DNA of 64,000 nt from an uncultured Bdellovibrionales bacterium (GCA_964500505.1 CAZCNN010000001.1:131826-195825), one strand, 5' to 3'. Shown: positions 48,837 through 57,169, counted from the stretch's first letter. Notes: generated by a model from the sequence alone, not told the origin. Program-made: numbers and translations.

Positions 48837-49382
48837 ATGAGACTTGGACCAACACAGCAAAAGATACTTCTCCTGCTTCTTGGTGGACTCGCCCTTGGTT
48901 GTTCTTTCTCACCAAAAACCAGTTTTCGTGTTGTCAAACTCGTGCACCGGGGATGGCGGGACATCAATCAGAAGAATCTGAATCGATCTTTACGACTCCT
49001 TTATACCCAACAGCTGATCACTGATCGAAGGAACCCTGATGGATCTATCTCTCTCATTCTGACGCCAGAAGGAAAGCGCCAAGCCACACTCGGACAACTC
49101 CTCGGTCTCAAAATTAAAAAACCAAAGCGTTGGGACCAGCTCTGGCGCATCGTGCTTTTTGATATTCCAGAAAAACACAAAAAGTTTCGCGATATTTTTC
49201 GCTCTCACCTCAAAGCCATCGGCTTCCATGAACTCCAGCACAGTGTCTTTGTTTTTCCCTTCCCTTGTGAAAAAGAGATACTATCATTGGTCGAACTCTA
49301 TCATGCCACACCGTACGTTCGCTTCATTACTGCCAAACATATCGATAACGAGTCGACGCTCAAAAAGAAATTTTCTTTATAG
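48837..49382 (+). CDS. PaaX-like protein: winged HTH plus Cas2-like ferredoxin-fold domain
   Basis: LTPEGK wHTH wing; WDQLWRIVLFDIPE...RDIFR..L..IGF..LQHSVF..P. Start moved to ATG 48837. Confidence 0.85.
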   Translation: MRLGPTQQKILLLLLGGLALGCSFSPKTSFRVVKLVHRGWRDINQKNLNRSLRLLYTQQLITDRRNPDGSISLILTPEGKRQATLGQLLGLKIKKPKRWDQLWRIVLFDIPEKHKKFRDIFRSHLKAIGFHELQHSVFVFPFPCEKEILSLVELYHATPYVRFITAKHIDNESTLKKKFSL

Positions 49383-49400
49383 AAGCAATTTCTTTATACT

Positions 49401-49435
49401 GGCTCCCGAAATCGCGACCGCGAATATAGGAGCCA
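49401..49435. repeat. 35-bp quasi-palindromic site, copy 2 (downstream of the PaaX-like gene)
   Basis: GGCTCCCGAAATCGCG-AC-CGCGAATATAGGAGCCA; 32/35 identical to copy 1. Confidence 0.9.
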
Positions 49436-49498
49436 CTGGTATAAAATTGGTGCGATAGGGTTCGATAGTAGGATAGATGGAAAAATATAATTTGGGTA

Positions 49499-49541
49499 AA
49501 AAAAGAGGAGTTCCAGAGTGCGGTTGCACTTGAAACTCCTG
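49499..49541 (-). terminator. Intrinsic terminator of the 49594-50235 gene
   Basis: AGGAGTTTCAAGTGC...GCACTCTGGAACTCCT followed by a U tract. Confidence 0.7.
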
Positions 49542-49593
49542 TTGTTGAACCGCATCAGCGATGCGGGGCTTGGCCTTGCCGGCGCCGGGATGC

Positions 49594-50235
49594 CTAGGCG
49601 GCGTCCTGGCAGGCGCTGGCGTACTCCTCGCGGTTGTACTTGTCGGCCTCTTCCTTGGTGGCCGGCCGCCAGGTGCCGTTGGCTTCGACGAAGAAGACGC
49701 TGGCCTGTTGCGACTTTCCCTTGCACGTGAGCTGTTGACGCGCTTCGGCCGGGTGCGAGACCCAGGTGATGTGCTTGCCGCTGTTGTCGCGGAGCTCCGG
49801 CGTCATGGCGACCACCTCACCACGGACGTCGGTGGCCACCTGGTGCTTGGCCACGCCCTTGGCACTCACCGTCGAGCACGACATCTGGCTCCAGCCCTTT
49901 CGGCCGACGCCACGCCAGCACAACTTGTAGTTGGCCATGCCGACGTTGTCGCCGAAGCTCGAGATGTTGGCGTTCTTGCTCGGATCGCTCGTGTCGGGCT
50001 TGGTTGCCTCGACCTTGAGGCCAGCCGGCGCCGTCTCGTCCGACAGAACCACCATCTTGATACCGGAGGTCTTGAAGATGGCCACGCCAGGCTTGCCCTT
50101 GACGTTCTCGATGGCGACCGACGTGTCGCCGTCGCCGACCTGGTTCACGTTCTTCTGCGAGGTGAACTGAGCCAAGGCCGGGAGGGCTGCGAGTGCCACG
50201 ACGAACGTGGCGAGGATCTTGGAAACGAACTTCAT
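49594..50235 (-). CDS. Orphan secreted protein, GC-rich
   Basis: Signal peptide ending ALA; GAAAGGA SD; own promoter and terminator. Confidence 0.75.
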   Translation of the reverse strand: MKFVSKILATFVVALAALPALAQFTSQKNVNQVGDGDTSVAIENVKGKPGVAIFKTSGIKMVVLSDETAPAGLKVEATKPDTSDPSKNANISSFGDNVGMANYKLCWRGVGRKGWSQMSCSTVSAKGVAKHQVATDVRGEVVAMTPELRDNSGKHITWVSHPAEARQQLTCKGKSQQASVFFVEANGTWRPATKEEADKYNREEYASACQDAA

Positions 50236-50369
50236 GGCGCTGTCCTTTCAGACAGTTGTGGTTGAGTTGATGCGCCTGATAATCAACCCAACCGAGTCGA
50301 TGAATTCAGGCGCGAGGAACAGAAACCGTCCAACGGGCACCTCTTGACGAGGTATCCACTGAACAATTC

Positions 50370-50398
50370 AGTATACACCCAAATGGCTCTTTTGTCAA
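50370..50398 (-). promoter_or_regulatory. Sigma70-type promoter
   Basis: TTGACA-17bp-TATACT. Confidence 0.75.
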
Positions 50399-50671
50399 GA
50401 GCTAATTGTGGGCAGAAATAAGCCTAGAATAGCGCGTAAAAAAGACTTAGGCCGGGATCCTCGATGAGTTCCCGGCCTAGTTGTGCGATGTTGTCGCTGA
50501 CTGTTTTGCTCTCGCTACCTACATCAAATCTCGTCGTGTACGTCGCATGTGCATGTTCTGCACCTTGGCGCGTAACCTTTTTATAGAACGTGAGAAGAGC
50601 CCAAATGGTTTCTCAGACGCTAGATGCTCCTAGGGAGCACCTACTTAGATGTTGAAGGTAGAGAATGTCTA

Positions 50672-52261
50672 TCAGTCTGGCGTTTCGTCGTCGGGGTCGA
50701 GCGGGGTCATGACAGTGCCGTTACCGAGCACGGCCGTCTTCCCGTCACTCACCTGGTCCAGGCGATAACCTTCACGACCGACTTCGACCAACTTGACGCC
50801 GTCGCACCACCAGCCGTAGCCGGGTGCTTCGCCACCATGAAGGAGATCAAAGTCGAACCCTATGCCAACACCACAGACCCTGAGGGGGTCCGAGATGCCA
50901 AGGCGCAGATTGGCCGTCTGAGAGAACGGGAGTTCACTGAAGAACCCTACCCGTGCCCAGAACGTCGCGAACTTCGCGTCGTAGATGTCCTGGTGGACAC
51001 CGGCCTGAAACACCACGCTGTGGCGCTCCAGTTCCGACGCGTCAGTCGGTTGCAAGAAGTTGCTCGCCGTGGCCCGCACTGAGGTCGGGATACCCACGCT
51101 AGCGTAGATGCGCGTTTCCGGCATCCACTTCTTGCCCGCCAAACGATTCGAGTAATCGTTGTAAGCCACCGAAGCGCCAACAAAATCGATTTCCCGTTCG
51201 TTGCGGTACTGTGCCTGGCTGAATGCCTGGTGCATGTGGCCAAAGAGCAACTTGCCCTCTGCCGTCCAGCCCTTGTCGCTGATCCGCTCAACAGCAGGAC
51301 CAAAGGCGAGTGATTGACCGTGAGCCCTTCCGGACCCAAAGTTCACGCGCACATCCCACCATGAGTTCTGGAGGCCGACACCCCACCCCGTGTAGCCGTC
51401 CCCAACCCGCTTGATGCAGTACAGGGCAGCCGTCACAAAGGTTGAGTGAGACTCGTTGCCGTTGTCGTTCGGCTCATGCTCTTGTCCGAACACGAGCTTG
51501 GGATCAAGGAGGCAACGCCTCTCTGCAACCACCGTCTTCGGCGGGATGACGAGCTCGCCGATTTCTTCCTCTTCCACCACCTTTTTGCGAGGTGGTATGA
51601 CGAGCTCGCCGATTTCTTCCTCTGCCGTCCGCGTTGTGATTGCAGGCGGGAGTGGCGTACCAACGACCCAGTTGTTGCAATTACGTACCCAGTGGAAGAC
51701 CTTGCCACTCTTGAGGATGTAGGTCCTCGCGAGCACCACGGTCTTCTCGCTCCAATCGGCCAAAACGTTCTTCTCGAACGACACCTTGCCGTCCTTACAG
51801 AACGCCACTGCCTGGAACCGATCACCGGGCTTGAAGAAGGTGTATGCTGGATGTGGTTGAGCCGACACCAGTCCGCGGAGTTCGGATTTCTCCTCGTCCG
51901 TGAGACCCATCTGGGTCCACGCTTCTTCATTCAGCACCGCTTCGGTCTTGTTGCCGCAACCATAGAGCGGTGCGCCCCCGACCTTCTTCCAGCGAAATTC
52001 GCCGGCTTCGGTCGAGGCAACTGCCGACACGGACCGCGTACGGACACCAGCCGGGAGGATATAGCTCTTCCCAGCGATGATGCCGTTGCAATTCGTGATA
52101 CGACCAGCGACCTTGTTGGCGTCGCACACCGCTTGGGCATGCTTGCCGAAAACCGCTGACAGCGTGTCTCCGCGCTCTGCCCGATACTCGGACTGAGTCG
52201 CGTGTGCACCACCCACTCCGGAGAGCAAAGCAGCGCACAGAGGAATCATGAGCCATTTCAT
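50672..52261 (-). CDS. Secreted protein: LysM-like N-terminus and beta-strand-rich C-terminal domain
   Basis: Signal ending AHA; YRAERGDTLSAVF...N.IIAG..YILP; alternating aromatic/Gly strands in the C-terminal half; AAGGAG SD. Confidence 0.72.
   Translation of the reverse strand: MKWLMIPLCAALLSGVGGAHATQSEYRAERGDTLSAVFGKHAQAVCDANKVAGRITNCNGIIAGKSYILPAGVRTRSVSAVASTEAGEFRWKKVGGAPLYGCGNKTEAVLNEEAWTQMGLTDEEKSELRGLVSAQPHPAYTFFKPGDRFQAVAFCKDGKVSFEKNVLADWSEKTVVLARTYILKSGKVFHWVRNCNNWVVGTPLPPAITTRTAEEEIGELVIPPRKKVVEEEEIGELVIPPKTVVAERRCLLDPKLVFGQEHEPNDNGNESHSTFVTAALYCIKRVGDGYTGWGVGLQNSWWDVRVNFGSGRAHGQSLAFGPAVERISDKGWTAEGKLLFGHMHQAFSQAQYRNEREIDFVGASVAYNDYSNRLAGKKWMPETRIYASVGIPTSVRATASNFLQPTDASELERHSVVFQAGVHQDIYDAKFATFWARVGFFSELPFSQTANLRLGISDPLRVCGVGIGFDFDLLHGGEAPGYGWWCDGVKLVEVGREGYRLDQVSDGKTAVLGNGTVMTPLDPDDETPD
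51546..51623. repeat. 27-bp direct repeat (period 51) encoding EEEIGELVI twice
   Basis: ATGACGAGCTCGCCGATTTCTTCCTCT at 51546 and 51597. Confidence 0.9.
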
Positions 52262-52366
52262 GGCGTCACTCCTTGTGAATACGGTTGAGAAGCCAGGATT
52301 GGACTACGTGAGCAGCCCAAGTCCTGGCACGAATGCCTAACTTTTTGGCTACTTTCATTTCCTTTC

Positions 52367-53218
52367 CTAGTTACTCTTTTTCGCAAGGCAGTCCTCCTGA
52401 GTGGCAACATGAATGTTGCGCACCAGAGAGATCGCCACGAATACCGGGATCAAGCCTGGCGAGACCGTGAACGATCCGCAGGAAATGACCCGGTCGGCCA
52501 CCGAACTGAGATTGGTGAACTTGCCCATGATCGTCTTGGCATCTTTGGTACCAGAGTACCAGATGTCATTGACCACCAGGGTTTCGCTGAAGCGCCACTT
52601 GAGATACGAAATGATCGGATCGGGGCTCTTCAGCGTAAGAACCTGGCGCAGGTCAGAGGGATGTTCACGGAAAAAGCCCTGGGGCAGTTGCCGCAAATCC
52701 TGACCGACTGGCAGTGTCACCATTTTCTTGCGCCCCGTCATGAGCCACGTGCCGTCAGACGACACGATGACCAGGTGCCCCCGGAGAGCCGCAGCCCGTT
52801 CCAGTGGCAGATTGACGAAGAACATCCGGTAGTCAGGATGAAAGATTGCATCGAAGAGCTCAAGCAGCCTGCCATCCTCGTTGTAGAGCAAAGCGCGCTC
52901 TACTACACGGACCAGTGGCTTTGACACCACCTTGCCATCGACCTGCTTGGCCGGATAGACGCGCCCTTCATCGACCAGCTCGTTTTCCCACTTGAGAGGG
53001 AACGGCTCTGGCAAATTGAATGGCGCTACGGCCAGCGTCTCGATGGCACTGACGTTGCCCATCAACGTCACATTGTGCCATGGCTCCTGACGCACTACTT
53101 CAGCCGACTTCGGCTGCACAGTGAATCCAGAACCCTCTTTGATGCTCGCGCATCCCGAAAGGACAACGAGAGCAACGGAGGTTACAAGAACCCCCGTCAA
53201 ACGACGAATATTGTTCAT
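52367..53218 (-). CDS. Orphan lipoprotein
   Basis: Lipobox LSGC; GGAGGT SD before ATG 53218. Confidence 0.72.
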   Translation of the reverse strand: MNNIRRLTGVLVTSVALVVLSGCASIKEGSGFTVQPKSAEVVRQEPWHNVTLMGNVSAIETLAVAPFNLPEPFPLKWENELVDEGRVYPAKQVDGKVVSKPLVRVVERALLYNEDGRLLELFDAIFHPDYRMFFVNLPLERAAALRGHLVIVSSDGTWLMTGRKKMVTLPVGQDLRQLPQGFFREHPSDLRQVLTLKSPDPIISYLKWRFSETLVVNDIWYSGTKDAKTIMGKFTNLSSVADRVISCGSFTVSPGLIPVFVAISLVRNIHVATQEDCLAKKSN

Positions 53219-53322
53219 GTGACCTCCAGAGTGAAATGACATCACGCCTACATCCGACCGGACATAAGCGTTTTAACACTAAAACTGATAGACAGATTGT
53301 TAAACTACAACATTCGAATCTA

Positions 53323-53375
53323 TCCTAGGAAGAAAGCAGTGGTGACGATAACGCCGCACCGCTCTCTTCCTAGGA
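53323..53375. repeat. TCCTAGGAAGA...TCTTCCTAGGA hairpin element
   Basis: 11-bp terminal inverted repeat with a further imperfect inner stem. Confidence 0.65.
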
Positions 53376-53412
53376 ACCAAGAGGGTTGAAGCTCTCAGTC
53401 TAGGAGATGGCT

Positions 53413-54075
53413 TTAGGCCATCGGGTCATTGAAAGGTACATGGGTGCCTCGGACGATCGTGGCACGGGATTCCTCCTTGGCAATCACAAAGAAGGCACTG
53501 AGGAGGAAGCCGGCGACAAAGGCGAGGAGGACTACCTTGAGAATCTTGGCGACGTTCGGACTCTGTTCGAGGATCGGACCAGAGAGGATACGGATCTCGA
53601 CACTCTTTTCATCACCACTGCGGAAGAGAGAGTTGCGCTCCGTCAGTACCTGGGCGATACCGTCCATGATACGAGCGACATCGCGCTCTCGGTCACCCGA
53701 GACGGTCACGCTGATGATTCCGAGTTCGAGGTTCTTGTTGACCGTGACCATCTTCGACCAGGTGGCGAGACGCTCCTGCTTGTCGAACGGGAGAAATTCT
53801 TTGTTCACTTTGCCAGTCTCGACGAGGGCATCGATAAAGCGGTCGCTGTAGACTGCTTCAGAGAGAATCTTGCCAAGATACTCGGACGACTTGAACAGCG
53901 TATAGAAGTCCTGATTGTTGGCATTCGACTGCACCACGAGGAAATCCATCTTGGTCTGAAATGGCTTCTCGGTCACCATGAGACCAAAGAAAGACAGTGC
54001 ACCAAAGAGGAGCCCTACGATAACGAGGGTACCAAATTTAGAGCGGAGCAGTGCGAAAATGTTCTGATTGCCCAT
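53413..54075 (-). CDS. Wzz/YveK-family chain-length determinant-like protein
   Basis: Two terminal TM helices, F...MDFLVV, SPN before the second helix; TTGACA-17-TAATAT promoter at 54105-54133. Confidence 0.75.
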   Translation of the reverse strand: MGNQNIFALLRSKFGTLVIVGLLFGALSFFGLMVTEKPFQTKMDFLVVQSNANNQDFYTLFKSSEYLGKILSEAVYSDRFIDALVETGKVNKEFLPFDKQERLATWSKMVTVNKNLELGIISVTVSGDRERDVARIMDGIAQVLTERNSLFRSGDEKSVEIRILSGPILEQSPNVAKILKVVLLAFVAGFLLSAFFVIAKEESRATIVRGTHVPFNDPMA

Positions 54076-54152
54076 AGGGTATATAGAGTATTTAACGACC
54101 TTATATATTACCAAAAAATACGAGAAATGTCAATAGCTAGCCGAGACAAAGG

Positions 54153-54178
54153 AAAAACCCCTCATTTGAGGGGTTTTT
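54153..54178 (-). terminator. Intrinsic terminator after rseP
   Basis: AAAAACCCCTCA-tt-TGAGGGGTTTTT. Confidence 0.8.
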
Positions 54179-54197
54179 GGCGGTTCCAGCAAGAGAA

Positions 54198-55346
54198 TTA
54201 CGAGAAGAGCCGGGTCAGCTTGTCGAGGATCTGAAATTGGGCAAAATCACGTACCGTGACGAGGAGCATGAGGACCAAAAGGAGGATAAATCCGACTTGG
54301 TGGATCATCCCCTCCACGCGATGACTCACTGGACTCCCCTTCAACTTCTCAATCAGGATAAAGAGGATGCGTCCACCATCAAGCGCCGGAATCGGGAGAA
54401 TGTTGATGATGCCGAGGTTGATAGAGAGGAGCGCGGCAAACTGGAGGAGGTACGGGAGACCAAGATCGCTCATCTGCTTGGTCAGGTAGACGATGCCGAC
54501 TGGGCCCGTGACGTCGAGCGCCGTCTTGGCTCCGCCAAAGAGTGAAGCAATCATCATCCCAAAGGCACCGAGGATAGCGAGCGTAATGTCATAGGTCGCG
54601 ATAGCTCCCCGATAGATAGCCTCGTACCATGGGTAAGACACTACTGCGGTCTCGGAAAAAGAAATCCCAAGTGCGCCCTCCGTCGCTGGATACTCAGTGC
54701 GAGGAGTCCCGGAGAGGGTGAGGGGCTTGCCAAATCGGTCTACCACCACTGTGATAGTCTGTCCCTTGTGGCTACTGATAGCCTGGGTCACCTGATCCAG
54801 TGTCGTGATGGCCTCACCGTTGATACTCACGATAGCATCACCCATACTGAGACCCATCATCTCGGCTGGGGTCCCCTTGCCGACGGCGAGGACCTGGATC
54901 TTGGCATCAGCGAACTTGCCATGATCAGCTGGCTCAATCGGCTGAGGCAAACCGAGCATAAAGACGACTGAGATGAGGAACCAGGCAAAGAGAAAGTTCA
55001 TGAAGACACCGGCAGCGAGTACCCGGATCCGGGTCCAGGCGGACTTGCCCGCGAAACTGGTCGGGTCGGTCGTATCGTGTCCATCCTCACCAGCGATTTT
55101 CACAAACCCGCCGAGAGGAATCCAGTTGAGCGAATACACCGTCTGCCCACTCGGCATTTCTTTGCTCCCCCACACGAGCTCGTACTTGCCCTCGGCATTC
55201 TTGGTCACCCCAAAGAGTCGGGGCGGGAAACCAAAACCAAATTCGTCCACCCGGATACCATTCCATCTGGCGACCAGGAAATGTCCCAACTCATGCACAA
55301 ACACGAGGAGACCGAGGATGATGACAAAAATGAGGATAGTCAGCAT
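54198..55346 (-). CDS. rseP: RIP metalloprotease RseP
   Basis: HELGH, PLGGFVKI, PDZ domain, GPVGI, NILPIPALDGG. Confidence 0.95.
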   Translation of the reverse strand: MLTILIFVIILGLLVFVHELGHFLVARWNGIRVDEFGFGFPPRLFGVTKNAEGKYELVWGSKEMPSGQTVYSLNWIPLGGFVKIAGEDGHDTTDPTSFAGKSAWTRIRVLAAGVFMNFLFAWFLISVVFMLGLPQPIEPADHGKFADAKIQVLAVGKGTPAEMMGLSMGDAIVSINGEAITTLDQVTQAISSHKGQTITVVVDRFGKPLTLSGTPRTEYPATEGALGISFSETAVVSYPWYEAIYRGAIATYDITLAILGAFGMMIASLFGGAKTALDVTGPVGIVYLTKQMSDLGLPYLLQFAALLSINLGIINILPIPALDGGRILFILIEKLKGSPVSHRVEGMIHQVGFILLLVLMLLVTVRDFAQFQILDKLTRLFS

Positions 55347-55355
55347 AGTTTACAG

Positions 55356-55444
55356 ATGAATACTGAATAATGAGTTATGAATCATGAATAAGAATCCGGA
55401 GAAAGACACTCTTCATACTTCCTGCTTCGTACTTCATGCTCCAG
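55356..55444. repeat. Inverted pair of heptamer tandem arrays between frr and rseP
   Basis: ATGAATA-CTGAATA-ATGAGTT-ATGAATC-ATGAATA, then TCTTCAT-ACTTCCT-GCTTCGT-ACTTCAT. Confidence 0.75.
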
Positions 55445-55448
55445 CTTT

Positions 55449-56006
55449 CTAGACGGTCATCACTTCTTCTTCTTTCTTTTTGCGGAGGACTTCAAGTTTC
55501 TGATTGTATTCATCGATGACTTTCTGGAGTTCGTCCTTGCCAGCGAATTTGTCGTCTTCGGAGATAGTCCCTTCCTTTTCAAAGTCCTGGATGTCTTTCC
55601 AGATTTCTTCGCGGATGTTGCGGACGGCGATACGAGCCTCCTCGGCGCGCTGGTTCAATGACTTGACCAGGGTCTTGCGGGTCTCCTCGGTGAGAGCCGG
55701 GAGGGTGATCCGGAGGGCGACACCATCATTGCCGGGATTGAGTCCCAGGTCGGATTCACGGATGGCTGCTTCAATGAGGACCAGTGACCCCTTGTCCCAC
55801 GGCGAGATGAGGATCTGACGGGCCTCGGGGATACTGATGCTCGCTATCTGACGAAGTGGCGTGCGCGTACCATAATAATCCACCGAGAGGTTCTCGACGA
55901 GTCCCGGATGAGCCCGGCCCGTACGAATCTTGGCCATTTCAACAGAAAAATGTTCGATAGCACTCTCGAAACTGGCTCGCTTGTCTTCAATCAGTTCTTT
56001 GACCAT
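55449..56006 (-). CDS. frr: Ribosome recycling factor
   Basis: IRTGRA, VDYYG, LGLNP, LTEETR, AVRNIR, ISEDD. Confidence 0.97.
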   Translation of the reverse strand: MVKELIEDKRASFESAIEHFSVEMAKIRTGRAHPGLVENLSVDYYGTRTPLRQIASISIPEARQILISPWDKGSLVLIEAAIRESDLGLNPGNDGVALRITLPALTEETRKTLVKSLNQRAEEARIAVRNIREEIWKDIQDFEKEGTISEDDKFAGKDELQKVIDEYNQKLEVLRKKKEEEVMTV

Positions 56007-56044
56007 AGTCGTTCACTTAACAATCAACAATTATTAGGGGTATC

Positions 56045-57169
56045 TCACTTGATATTGCGGAGGGCCATATAGATGATACTGGAATCGGCGGGGTCATAAG
56101 CGAGGACTGAGACGCTACGGTCGATGTAGAGATCGACCACCGCCCAGGTATCACCACCATTGGTCGAACGATAGAAGGCGGAGCCGGCGGAAAAGATGAT
56201 TTCTTGGGAGTTGCGCGGATTCACGACGACGGTACGCACGGGGAACTTCTCAGCACTTTCGATGATGTTGACCTTGTTCCACGTCCGGGTAAAGTCATCG
56301 CTCCGGTAGAGGCCGCCATTCTTCGTCGCGTAGAGACGCCCAGAGACGATTGGATCAGCGGTGATAGAGAGGGCCATATCTGGTCCGCCGGTCGACGTCG
56401 TAGCAGGAGCATTATTATTGGTATTGGTCACTTGCATCTGGTCAGTCCACGCTACGCCACCATTGTCCGAATAATAGATTTTCTTGTTGATACTCAAGGC
56501 ATAGATTGACATGGGCTCGACTGCATCGAACGAAATCTCGGTAATCGGACCATCGAGGGTCTGACCGACGTTCTTCCAGGTCTCACCACTATCGGTACTC
56601 TTCACCACGGTCCCGGCGCTCGTCCCAGCAAAGAGGACATTGGTATCTCGTGGATGCTGAGCGAGGATAGTGATCACTACGCCCGCGCCTGGCTCAGTAT
56701 AGACCGCGCGCCACTCGGTACCTCCGTCATCCGTCCGAAAAATCTTGCCGAGATTGCCGATGGTCCCCGAGGCGAACATGCGATTGTCCGGGTCGTTACG
56801 GTCTAGGATGAAACTATAGATTTTCTTCGGGGGAAAGACTATCTGCTCCCAGTACTCTCCGGCATCCATGGATTTGAAGATGCCGTGATCGGCGGTCGCG
56901 ATATAGAGGATGTTCGAGTCATTGGGATGAAACGAGAGCGCCAACACGTCGGCTTTGGTGATGGCTTGTTTGTCATCCACCCGTGACTTGACCTCAAAAG
57001 TCTGGCCTGAATCGATACTCTTCCAAACACTCCCCGCCTGAATCTTTTTGCCAAAGACATCGGTCGGTTGCTCGCTCGCGGTTGGTGTCGGGACACTGAA
57101 TGGCAACTGGATGGTACACCCGGACAAAACGACCGCCGACACCACGAGTAAGAGTGATTTTTTGAACAT
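56045..57169 (-). CDS. Lipoprotein with BNR/Asp-box beta-propeller (YCF48-like)
   Basis: Lipobox LSGC; seven S/T-x-D/N-x-G-x-x-W/F-like boxes. Confidence 0.85.
   Translation of the reverse strand: MFKKSLLLVVSAVVLSGCTIQLPFSVPTPTASEQPTDVFGKKIQAGSVWKSIDSGQTFEVKSRVDDKQAITKADVLALSFHPNDSNILYIATADHGIFKSMDAGEYWEQIVFPPKKIYSFILDRNDPDNRMFASGTIGNLGKIFRTDDGGTEWRAVYTEPGAGVVITILAQHPRDTNVLFAGTSAGTVVKSTDSGETWKNVGQTLDGPITEISFDAVEPMSIYALSINKKIYYSDNGGVAWTDQMQVTNTNNNAPATTSTGGPDMALSITADPIVSGRLYATKNGGLYRSDDFTRTWNKVNIIESAEKFPVRTVVVNPRNSQEIIFSAGSAFYRSTNGGDTWAVVDLYIDRSVSVLAYDPADSSIIYMALRNIK

Noticed and set aside
48792-49435. CRISPR array with cas2 (35-bp palindromic repeats next to a Cas2-like gene)
   Set aside because: Only two repeats, separated by a whole 574-bp gene region rather than a spacer. 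There is no cas1 or effector, and the protein has an N-terminal wHTH like PaaX.
48792-49435. Inverting the cassette would create near-perfect palindromes, as proof of inversion
   Set aside because: This follows automatically for any direct repeat cut at its centre, so it is not independent evidence. Only the GT/AC flip is informative.
49561-50265. 234-aa plus-strand ORF
   Set aside because: Shadow of the GC-rich minus-strand gene, which has the SD, signal peptide, promoter and terminator.
53407-54234. 275-aa plus-strand ORF (also 59479-60324, 42481-43476, 34441-35151, 24208-24951)
   Set aside because: All lie antisense to well-supported genes and show no recognisable features.
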